This document shows positions 1 to 7,226 of a stretch of DNA of 64,000 nt, in pieces. The stretch is from Candidatus Acetothermia bacterium (GTDB taxonomy: Bacteria; Bipolaricaulota; Bipolaricaulia; Bipolaricaulales; Bipolaricaulaceae). The notes under the pieces were generated by a model that saw only the letters and a list, made by a program, of their open reading frames with translations, searched no databases and was not told the origin of the DNA. Made by a program: the position numbers and the translations under genes. Positions within the stretch are counted from its first letter, which is position 1. Each line of letters begins with the position of its first letter. Location of the stretch: contig PXEP01000172.1 of NCBI GenBank assembly GCA_003566155.1, positions 1,408-65,407 of the forward strand. Direction: 5' to 3'.

Positions 1-252
1 GATCTCCCGCGCTCGTCGGTTTGCATCCGCCAGCGCCTCCTCACGTTGACTGAGCAGTGCCTGCCCTTGGGCTTTGGCTTCCTCGGCCTTCTCGAGGCGC
101 TCCTGTTCCGCCTGGCGGCGGCCCTCCAGCCAAGTGGCCGCAGGCCGGAAGAGGAATCGCTTGAGTAGCCATAGTAGGAGGGCGAAGTTGATTAGGTTGA
201 TGACCCACGTCCAGTTGATGTTCTCAACGACGGTGCCCCATTCTAACTGCAT
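1..252 (-). CDS. atpF: F-type ATP synthase Fo subunit b, 5' part (open to the left window edge)
   Basis: Absent from the ORF track. Reverse complement of 1..252 starts at ATG (250-252) with GAGGAG 6 nt upstream. It reads MQLEWGTVVENINWTWVINLINFALLLWLLKRFLFRPAATWLEGRRQAEQERLEKAEEAKAQGQALLSQREEALADANRRAREI: one TM helix then a charged A/E/R/Q helix. It lies directly downstream of atpE. Confidence 0.8.
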   Translation of the reverse strand, partial: MQLEWGTVVENINWTWVINLINFALLLWLLKRFLFRPAATWLEGRRQAEQERLEKAEEAKAQGQALLSQREEALADANRRAREI

Positions 253-262
253 CTCGATCTCC

Positions 263-514
263 TCAACCGGCCACGAACACGAGGATGATAGCCACTACCA
301 GCGAGTAAATGCCGGTGGATTCGGTGATCGCTTGCCCCACGATCATCGTCCTGAGGAGGGAATTCTCCATTTCCGGCTGGCGGGCCATCCCGTCAAGCGC
401 ATGGGAAGCAGCCATGCCTTGTCCGATGGCCGGACCGATAGCCCCGATCCCCATACACAGCCCCGCGGCCAGGTATCTAGCCATTGTGATGAGATCCGCA
501 CCACTGATGTCCAT
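263..514 (-). CDS. atpE: F-type ATP synthase Fo subunit c
   Basis: Last 83 codons of ORF 263..1255(-), from ATG 512-514 with GGAGG upstream (cctcc at 521-525 on +). Sequence MDISGADLITMARYLAAGLCMGIGAIGPAIGQGMAASHALDGMARQPEMENSLLRTMIVGQAITESTGIYSLVVAIILVFVAG is a two-helix hairpin with RQPE loop and ion-binding Glu. Confidence 0.95.
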   Translation of the reverse strand: MDISGADLITMARYLAAGLCMGIGAIGPAIGQGMAASHALDGMARQPEMENSLLRTMIVGQAITESTGIYSLVVAIILVFVAG

Positions 515-525
515 CCAATACCTCC

Positions 526-1251
526 TTACGAGCTTACAGCCAGGTTGATGTACGCTGAGGCGAGCAAAGCGAACACCAATGCCTGGATCGTCCCCACGAA
601 GATCCCGAAGAACAGGTCCAGCCCAACCCCTACCGGGAACGCGAAAGGTAGTAAGAACACCGCGCGGGCGAGCAGCGCCGGCGCCAGGGCTGTCAGAATT
701 GCTCCCCCGAGTATATTCCCGAACAGACGAAAACCGTGGGACAGCGTCCTGCCCATATCCCCGACGATGTTCATGGGAAGAAGAATAGGGTTGGGCTCGA
801 GATAACTGCGCAGGTGTAGGCGAACCCCCCGTGTCCTGAGGGCGTAGTAGTGGGCAAGCACATACACCATGATCGCCATGCCCATGGGTACGTTGAGGTT
901 CTGCGTGGGGGAGACGATGTACGGGATGGGCAGGATCCCGATCCAGTTGCACAGAAGTATGTACAAAAACAAGGTTGCAGTAAGCGGAAGGACCCGCTTG
1001 GCCAACGGCTCGTCGAACCCCGCTACCAGCTGACTGCGGGAAAGCTCCAACAGTGCGGCCAGGAATCCCGCCCGTTGGGTTAAAGGCCCCTCTCGCTCGC
1101 GGGGGAGGCCTCGGCGAAGCCATATGGAAACCGCAACCAACAGAGCCGTAACGAACAAAGAGACGGCAACCGCTGGCAGATCGAACGACACATCTACCGG
1201 CCCTACTCGTACGGTGGCGATAAGCTCCTCGCCAAGTCGTTCTATGCCCAT
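526..1251 (-). CDS. atpB: F-type ATP synthase Fo subunit a
   Basis: ORF 526..1512(-). Start taken at ATG 1249-1251 (MGIERLGEE...); an alternative ATG is at 1285-1287. Polytopic membrane protein with the a-subunit signature LSHGFRLFGNILGG (essential Arg). Located between the atpI-like gene and atpE. Confidence 0.9.
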   Translation of the reverse strand: MGIERLGEELIATVRVGPVDVSFDLPAVAVSLFVTALLVAVSIWLRRGLPREREGPLTQRAGFLAALLELSRSQLVAGFDEPLAKRVLPLTATLFLYILLCNWIGILPIPYIVSPTQNLNVPMGMAIMVYVLAHYYALRTRGVRLHLRSYLEPNPILLPMNIVGDMGRTLSHGFRLFGNILGGAILTALAPALLARAVFLLPFAFPVGVGLDLFFGIFVGTIQALVFALLASAYINLAVSS

Positions 1252-1583
1252 CCACGCCTCGCTAGCAGCCACGCCCGCGCCCATAAGCCCGTTGTAGCTG
1301 AGCACAGTCCCGCCACCACTCCCAGCGGGGGAAGGCCGATCGATATCCCGCCCAGTGCCAGTAGTGCCATTAGAAGAAATCCCCCGAGCGCGGACATTGC
1401 TGCCCACGCTGACTTCTGCCTCGCCGGGGGCGTTCGGTCCATAAGCAGCGCCACCATCCTTGAGGCGGCTACGCAACCCATCCCCCACCACACGGCGAGG
1501 GGCCACGACCACCCAAGGGCAATCAGCCCCAGCGAAACAGGTGCCGCAAGTACTGCCCCCTCACGCAGTCCCATCCAGCGCAA
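1242..1583 (-). CDS. small hydrophobic membrane protein, AtpI/AtpZ-like by position
   Basis: 113-aa ORF dominated by L/A/G/W with several predicted TM segments. It overlaps the atpB start by 10 nt and sits immediately upstream of atpB, as atpI does. Recognised by position only, not by motif. Confidence 0.5.
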   Translation of the reverse strand: MRWMGLREGAVLAAPVSLGLIALGWSWPLAVWWGMGCVAASRMVALLMDRTPPARQKSAWAAMSALGGFLLMALLALGGISIGLPPLGVVAGLCSATTGLWARAWLLARRGWA

Positions 1584-1598
1584 ACTAGCCCCGCCTTC

Positions 1599-2156
1599 CT
1601 ACAGCGTGCGCATCTCTTGAGCCTTGGCCTCCACTGTTTCGTCCACCTGGCCTACGTACTCCTGCGTTACCTCATCCAGCCGCTCGCGCAAGCGGAAATA
1701 TTCATCCTCAGAGATGTCGCCGTTCTTCTTGAGTTCGTCCAGCTCATCACGGGCATCACGACGCAGATTCCGCAGGGCGATTTTGGAGTCCTCCCCCTTC
1801 TTCTGCACGAGTTTTTCCAGCTCGGCACGACGCTCCTCCGACAGCCGCGGCACCTTGATGCGTACGAGCTCCCCGTCGTTCTGGGGGGTAAGCCCTAGGT
1901 CCGAAGCGAGGACCGCCTTTTCCATTGCGGAGATCTGCGAGCGGTCGAATGGTCGGACCACGATCAGATCGGGATCCGGGGCCACAATGTTCGCCACGTG
2001 TTTGAGGGGAGTCGGCGCGCCATAGTAATCCACCGTAAGATCTTCCAATAGCGATGGGTTGGCGCGGCCGGTGTGAACCTTGGCCAATTCCCCTTTCAGC
2101 ACCTTCAGGCTCTTGTCCATGTTGGACTTGACCCGGTCTAGTAGCGCGTGTTCCAT
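1599..2156 (-). CDS. frr: ribosome recycling factor
   Basis: 185 aa: MEHALLDRVKSNMDKSLKVLKGELAKVHTGRANPSLLEDLTVDYYGAPTPLKHVANI...LRNLRRDARDELDELKKNGDISEDE. Classic RRF length and motifs. Confidence 0.95.
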   Translation of the reverse strand: MEHALLDRVKSNMDKSLKVLKGELAKVHTGRANPSLLEDLTVDYYGAPTPLKHVANIVAPDPDLIVVRPFDRSQISAMEKAVLASDLGLTPQNDGELVRIKVPRLSEERRAELEKLVQKKGEDSKIALRNLRRDARDELDELKKNGDISEDEYFRLRERLDEVTQEYVGQVDETVEAKAQEMRTL

Positions 2157-2223
2157 AGCTTTGCACCCCCATGCGAATCCTAGCCTTCCGTGTGAATCGC
2201 TGCAAGTGACATCGCCCGTTCAG

Positions 2224-2252
2224 TTGGGATGGCTGCGCTCGCGGGTGATAAT
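2224..2252 (+). promoter_or_regulatory. candidate sigma70-type promoter giving a leaderless cca transcript
   Basis: TTGGGA (2224-2229), 17-nt spacer, GATAAT (2247-2252), then 5 nt to the GTG start at 2258. No Shine-Dalgarno fits in between. Confidence 0.35.
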
Positions 2253-2257
2253 AGTCT

Positions 2258-3685
2258 GTGCGTATACCCATTGCTGACGTGCTCGCGGCACATCCGCACG
2301 CTGCTACGATCATTCGGCGGTTGGAGGAGGCCGGCTACACCACCGTCCTTGTGGGTGGCGTGGTTCGCGACGGCGTGCGTGCTCTGTGGGAAGGCGGGGC
2401 TTGGGTCCCTCAGGATCTGGACATCGCCACCGCTGCGCCACCAGAGCTGGTGCAGGAGCTGCTCTCCGATTTCCGGACTCTGGAGGTAGGCCGGGCGTAC
2501 GGGGTGGTCATGGTGGTAGCCGCCGACGGCCGACAGTACGAAGTGGCTACGTTCAGAAAAGAATCCACCTACACTGACGGCCGTCATCCGCAGGAAGTGA
2601 GCTGGGGCACGCTGGAGGAGGACGTACGCCGCCGGGATTTCACGGTCAACGGCTTGGCGGCCACCTATGAGGGGGAAGTCGTCGATCTGGTGGGCGGGCT
2701 GGATGACCTCCGGGCGGGGGTAATCCGCACGATAGGTCGACCTGACGAGCGCTTCTCCGAGGATCGTTTGCGCTTGCTGAGAGCAGTGCGTTTTTGCTGT
2801 CAACTTGGCTTCAGACTGGACAGCGACACGCAGGCCGCTCTGCGGCGGCAGGCCTCTGGGATCACAATGGTTTCCTGGGAACGGATTCGCGACGAGCTCG
2901 TTCGTCTTGTCGCTACTTCCAGCGCGGGGCGGGGAATCAGGATGCTTATGTCCACCGGGCTTTTGGAGTACGTCCTTCCCGAGGTGGCTTCACTGGACGG
3001 GGTCCCCCAGCCCGTCGAATACCACCCCGAGGGCGATGTACTGGCCCACACTTGTGCTTCGCTGGACGTGGCAGACGGGATATGGGACGCCCCGCTTCTC
3101 AAGCTGGCTGTTCTGTTGCACGATGTAGGCAAGCCTGCGGCGTTGGCCCAGTGGGACGGGGCACATATGAGCGGGCATTGTCAGTTGGGAGCGGACATTG
3201 CCGAGCGCGTACTGCGGAGGCTGAGGTTCCCCGCCCGTGACATCGCATGGGTCACCCATCTGGTCGGCGAGCACATGCGGGCCGCGCGCCTGTCGGAAAT
3301 GCGACTGGGAAAGCAACTCCGACTCATCGGGCAGCGTGAATGCACGGAGGCTGTGCTGACGGACTTGGAGGGTCGTTACCCCTTATTCGCCGATCTTGTG
3401 CGGCTGATCATATGTGATGCAGAGGCCACGGCACACCGGGCTGCTGCTTGGCGGCCGGTGTTGGAGCATGTGGTGGGGTTGCTTCTTCACCTGGAGCGCA
3501 TCCAGGGGCTCGAGCGAGCACGGGAGCTACTCCGTGGTCATGACCTGTTGTCTTTGGGTGCTTCCCCTGGACCACGGCTGGGAGAAGTGCTGGACCAAGT
3601 ACACGAACTGATTCTGGCGGGGACGATCAGGACCCGGGAGGAGGCGCTGGCTGAAGCGGCCAGAAGACTCGGCGGTCAAATGTAA
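2258..3685 (+). CDS. cca: CCA-adding tRNA nucleotidyltransferase / poly(A) polymerase family with HD domain
   Basis: 475 aa. Contains VLVGGVVRD and DLDIAT (nucleotidyltransferase GGxVRD and DxD motifs), RDFTVNGLA, and a C-terminal HD region (LLHDVGKP). Confidence 0.9.
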   Translation: MRIPIADVLAAHPHAATIIRRLEEAGYTTVLVGGVVRDGVRALWEGGAWVPQDLDIATAAPPELVQELLSDFRTLEVGRAYGVVMVVAADGRQYEVATFRKESTYTDGRHPQEVSWGTLEEDVRRRDFTVNGLAATYEGEVVDLVGGLDDLRAGVIRTIGRPDERFSEDRLRLLRAVRFCCQLGFRLDSDTQAALRRQASGITMVSWERIRDELVRLVATSSAGRGIRMLMSTGLLEYVLPEVASLDGVPQPVEYHPEGDVLAHTCASLDVADGIWDAPLLKLAVLLHDVGKPAALAQWDGAHMSGHCQLGADIAERVLRRLRFPARDIAWVTHLVGEHMRAARLSEMRLGKQLRLIGQRECTEAVLTDLEGRYPLFADLVRLIICDAEATAHRAAAWRPVLEHVVGLLLHLERIQGLERARELLRGHDLLSLGASPGPRLGEVLDQVHELILAGTIRTREEALAEAARRLGGQM

Positions 3686-3768
3686 CGTCCATTACCCCCC
3701 CGATGTCCCGCACTAGGGTCACGCCTTCCCTCGTCTCGGTGACGAATTGCCACTACGCTGGTCACATC

Positions 3769-5205
3769 ATGGGCAAGCTAAAGCTGGGACCGGACATCGA
3801 GCTTCCGTTGCGGGAGGCCATAGGCCAGTGTGTCGCCATACTGGGGATCCGTGGTTCGGGCAAGTCCAACACCGCCGGGGTGATCTTCGAGGAGCTGCTC
3901 GCTGCCCGTTACCCCCTGTCGATCATCGATACGGATGGGGAGTACTTCGGGCTGAAGGAGAAGTACGAAGTATTGGTCGTAGGAGAGGGTGAGAACGTTG
4001 ACATCGAGCTGAATCCAGATTCCGCGGCTGGGGTGGCGGAAGTCTCCCTGCGGGAGGGACTTCCGGTGGTGGTGGACGTATCCGGTATGCTGTCCGAGGA
4101 TCGGGACGAGTTTGTGTTGGAATATCTGTCCCGCCTGTGGGAGTTGGCGGGAAAGCTGCGCAAACCCTACATGATCGGGATCGAAGAGTGCCACGAGTTC
4201 ATCCCACAGGGAGTGCGGACCGAGCTGAAGGAAACAGTCGCCCGCATAGCGCTACGGGGGCGCAAACGGGGATTGGGCACCGTCGTCATCTCCCAGCGAT
4301 CGGCCAAAGTGGAGAAGGATGTGCTGACCCAGGCGGGGATGCTCTTCTTGCACCGCGTCGTTCATGAAGCGGATATGCGTGTGTACGGTGAGCTTCTGCC
4401 GTGGCGAAAGGCGGAAGTCAAAGAAGAGGTGGCTGCTCTAGGCGTAGGGGAATGCATCTTCATGGCTGACCAGACGGTGAAGAAAGCGAAGGTGCGGCTG
4501 CGCGACACGTTCCACGGTGGATTTACGCCCGCGTTCGAGCCGGTGGAGACGCCCAAACTGCGGCAGGTGCGGGGGGAGATCCTGGCGGCGATCCAGCGGG
4601 CGGGAGCACGTGTGGAGCCGGATGCGTGGGACCCCGCCCCGGGACAGCAAAGATCGGCACACACGCGTTGTGCGGTAAAGGAGGCCCCGATGCGGACGCG
4701 CCAGGAAACCGTTGCCCCCTCCCGCGCAAAGGCTCAAGATGCGCCAGCCGATGTCCCGGCGGACAGCGGGCCGACTTCCACGGCCCCACAATCATGGCAG
4801 CGGGGGCACCCAGAGCAGGATGCTGAAGTGGAGGACGTGCTTCCCGATGAGGTGCTCCGGCAGGCGAATCGGTTGATGCGGCGTCTGTGGCGACGTCCGA
4901 TACACGAAAGGCGGATGTTGGCCTTCCTCGCGTCCCGGGAGCCGCGTGCGTACACAACCGCTGAACTTGCGGCGTGGACAGATTGTGCAGAGGCCGTTTT
5001 GTTGGGAGAGCCGCCCACCGAACTTGTGGAGTTGGGACTCGTGCACCGTGAGCGGCTGGCACGGGGCTATACGTACCGCATTAGGCTTCGCCCGTACGTG
5101 AACGAGGTGTTTGCTCCGTTTCAAAGCGAACTGGGTCCTGAGGGGCTGCACCGGCTGGTCGGCTACCTCCGCGAAGAGCTCATGGACCTTGGGAACAGCG
5201 TTTAG
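3769..5205 (+). CDS. HerA/FtsK-superfamily P-loop ATPase (DUF87-like) fused to a disordered linker and a C-terminal winged-helix-like domain
   Basis: ORF 3703..5205; start placed at ATG 3769 (MGKLKLGPDIELPL..), alternative ATG at 3703. Walker A is AILGIRGSGKSNTAGV; Walker B-like is PYMIGIEECHEF. ISQRSAKV and RDTFHGGFTP resemble the HerA C-terminal region. A P/A/Q/D-rich linker follows, then ERRMLAFLASREPRAYTTAELAAWTD...LVELGLVHRE..GYTYRI (wHTH-like). Confidence 0.7.
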   Translation: MGKLKLGPDIELPLREAIGQCVAILGIRGSGKSNTAGVIFEELLAARYPLSIIDTDGEYFGLKEKYEVLVVGEGENVDIELNPDSAAGVAEVSLREGLPVVVDVSGMLSEDRDEFVLEYLSRLWELAGKLRKPYMIGIEECHEFIPQGVRTELKETVARIALRGRKRGLGTVVISQRSAKVEKDVLTQAGMLFLHRVVHEADMRVYGELLPWRKAEVKEEVAALGVGECIFMADQTVKKAKVRLRDTFHGGFTPAFEPVETPKLRQVRGEILAAIQRAGARVEPDAWDPAPGQQRSAHTRCAVKEAPMRTRQETVAPSRAKAQDAPADVPADSGPTSTAPQSWQRGHPEQDAEVEDVLPDEVLRQANRLMRRLWRRPIHERRMLAFLASREPRAYTTAELAAWTDCAEAVLLGEPPTELVELGLVHRERLARGYTYRIRLRPYVNEVFAPFQSELGPEGLHRLVGYLREELMDLGNSV

Positions 5206-5215
5206 AACAGACCTG

Positions 5216-5245
5216 TTGACCGCCACCGGCGTGCCATGGTATGAT
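5216..5245 (+). promoter_or_regulatory. candidate sigma70 promoter with extended -10 for hpf
   Basis: TTGACC (5216-5221), 18-nt spacer ending in TGg, TATGAT (5240-5245). The hpf GTG start lies about 33 nt downstream, with AAAGGGGAG as Shine-Dalgarno. Confidence 0.55.
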
Positions 5246-5278
5246 TTAACTATAGGAATTGATCAGAAAGGGGAGTCC

Positions 5279-5797
5279 GTGGACGTCCGGATTGCTGAGC
5301 GATATGAGTCCGAATCAGATGCGCTGAGAGAATACGCGGAGAAGAAAGTCAGCGGCCTGCCACGCTATTTTGACAAAATACAAAGCCTGGATGTGGTTAT
5401 GGAGGTCGAACGGGGCCAGCATCGGGTGGAAATGGTCGGGCACCTGGTGAATAAGAAGACGGTCAAGGCCGAGGCCGTTACGGATGATATGTACGCCTCG
5501 GTCGATCAGGCTGTGGAGAAGCTGCAACGTCAATTGGTCAAGTATAAAGAGCAGCTGCGGGTGGAGCGCAAGGGCGGAGAGAAGTGGGAAAGCGAACCGG
5601 AGGCCGAGAGTCGCTCGCGCATCGTGACGGTGGACAGCTACATCCGCAAGCCGATGAGCCCCGAAGAAGCAGTGCTGGAGCTTGAGGATTCGGGGAAGGA
5701 ATTCTTGGTGTTTTTCCATGAGCAGGACGATTACCCAGCAGTAGTGTTCCGGCGGGCGGACGGAGAGTACGGACTCATTCTTCCGCGACGAAGTTGA
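5279..5797 (+). CDS. hpf: ribosome hibernation promoting factor, long form
   Basis: In-frame GTG at 5279 within ORF 5111..5797, preceded by AAAGGGGAG. Reads VDVRIAERYESESDALREYAEKKVSGLPRYFDKIQSLDVVMEVERGQHRVEM...; the C-terminal dimerisation domain is IVTVDSYIRKPMSPEEAVLELEDSGKEFLVFFHEQDDYPAVVFRRADGEYGLI. Confidence 0.9.
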   Translation: MDVRIAERYESESDALREYAEKKVSGLPRYFDKIQSLDVVMEVERGQHRVEMVGHLVNKKTVKAEAVTDDMYASVDQAVEKLQRQLVKYKEQLRVERKGGEKWESEPEAESRSRIVTVDSYIRKPMSPEEAVLELEDSGKEFLVFFHEQDDYPAVVFRRADGEYGLILPRRS

Positions 5798-5824
5798 CGG
5801 GGGGGGGTACCGGGGTGGACAGCG

Positions 5825-6874
5825 ATGAAGAGAGCGCTCGTCCTTTACTCTGGTAGCATGGGTAGCGCCGCAGCGACGCGGTTGGCCCAGCTGTCGGGAG
5901 AATACGAGCTGTGCCTGCTCTATCTTCAGTCGCCGTTCTTTCATGGGGCGGAGGAAGTTAAGGAAACTGCGGCGCGGTTGTTCCCCGATCTGCGGCTGAA
6001 GAGTCATACTTTGAAGAGGGATTATCTGCGCATGGCTCCCCGCGAAGAACAGCTGCCCTTCCCTTGCGGGGCATGTCGTCACGTTTTGCTCGCCAAGGCT
6101 GCGCGTACGGCGCGACGGCTGCGGGCGGAAGTGGTGATTACAGGGGATGTCGTAGGTCGAGGGCGGATGGGCCTCGAGCAATTACGGCATTTGGACCGAT
6201 CTGTGGGCCTGGAGGGCCGTGTACTGCGACCTCTTTCGGCGAGGTTGCTCCCCACCACGCGGGCGGAGGCGGCCGGGGACATCGGCGGCGAATGGTTGTT
6301 TGATCTGGAGGACGATGAGCGGTACGAGGCGAGGTTGGCCACCCTTGCGCGCGAGTTGAACGTAGAGGGGCAGCCTGAATCAGACGGGGGCCGCTGCAGC
6401 CTCCGACGGGGGCAGTTCGCTGCCCGGGTGGAGAGCCTTCTTCAGGACGGACCGCTGACAGTGAACAATCTGCAGCTATTGGAGTTCGATCGGTATCACC
6501 ATATCCAGCCGGATCTCCAGGTAGTTGTTGCTTGTTCCGGAGAGGAGCAACGACACCTGCAGACTTTGTTTCTGCCCCGAGACGTGCGCATGTACCTGCC
6601 TGTGCCGCGCTCTCCGCTGGCATTGCTCCGGGCCGATTGGTCGGAGCAGCGCTGTGCCGAGTCCGTCGCCGAGCGGTTGGCTGCCGGGGCCCAGCTGACG
6701 CTTGAGGCTGCCGGCATGGAACCCGGCGCGCAGACAGTGTGTTTCCGGTTAGAATGCGATGAGGAAACGCACCGCTTGAGCGTGGCTCCTCGCGGTGACG
6801 GTTGCCGGGGGCGGGACTTGCAACGGGCCGCAGTTGGGGTATCCTTGTCTCTACTCAGTCGCGTGTCTTTTTGA
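5825..6874 (+). CDS. PP-loop (adenine nucleotide alpha-hydrolase) fold protein with degenerate SGGxDS motif, ThiI/MnmA-like N-terminal half
   Basis: 349 aa. MKRALVLYSGSMGSAAA sits where SGGxDS is expected (Asp replaced). CGAC pair in PFPCGACRHVLL, then VVITGDVVGR..QL. The C-terminal ~170 aa are not recognised. Confidence 0.45.
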   Translation: MKRALVLYSGSMGSAAATRLAQLSGEYELCLLYLQSPFFHGAEEVKETAARLFPDLRLKSHTLKRDYLRMAPREEQLPFPCGACRHVLLAKAARTARRLRAEVVITGDVVGRGRMGLEQLRHLDRSVGLEGRVLRPLSARLLPTTRAEAAGDIGGEWLFDLEDDERYEARLATLARELNVEGQPESDGGRCSLRRGQFAARVESLLQDGPLTVNNLQLLEFDRYHHIQPDLQVVVACSGEEQRHLQTLFLPRDVRMYLPVPRSPLALLRADWSEQRCAESVAERLAAGAQLTLEAAGMEPGAQTVCFRLECDEETHRLSVAPRGDGCRGRDLQRAAVGVSLSLLSRVSF

Positions 6875-6930
6875 CCCCGAGATGGAGCCTTTTGGATGGG
6901 GAGTTATGTGTGCTTGGGAGGCGATGTGGG

Positions 6931-7164
6931 ATGCCGATCTACCGCTACGGATGTGAAGAGTGTGGGGAGGAATTTCGCGAGTTGGTGGCTGTGGGGGATG
7001 GTCAGGCCGTCCAGTGCAGTGTGTGCGGTTCGACGAGGGTGATCCGCAAACTGTCGAAGTTCGGTGTTGTGTACAAGGGGAGTGGGTTCTACACCACGGA
7101 GTACCGCCGCCGCGGCAGCGACAGCGGCGGGAGCGGGGAAGCCAAGTCGGAACAAGCGAACTGA
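6931..7164 (+). CDS. FmdB-family zinc-ribbon protein
   Basis: ATG 6931 within ORF 6802..7164, GGGAGG upstream. MPIYRYGCEECGEEFRELVAVGDGQAVQCSVCGSTRVIRKLSKF...GSGFYTTEY has a CxxC...CxxC ribbon typical of the family. Confidence 0.8.
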   Translation: MPIYRYGCEECGEEFRELVAVGDGQAVQCSVCGSTRVIRKLSKFGVVYKGSGFYTTEYRRRGSDSGGSGEAKSEQAN

Positions 7165-7226
7165 TAGCTTGCGGTTACCGCGTGGTTCCCAGGCTAAGGT
7201 GTGTCCAGCCAGCGAGGTGAGTTTGC

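Noticed and set aside
74-1255. Long ORFs 74..805(+) and the 5' extension of 263..1255(-), which cover the atp region
   Set aside because: Their translations are R/P/S/G-rich with no membrane-protein character. The real genes (atpF, atpE, atpB) are read in other frames or segments with clear motifs and Shine-Dalgarno sites. These are typical high-GC shadow ORFs.
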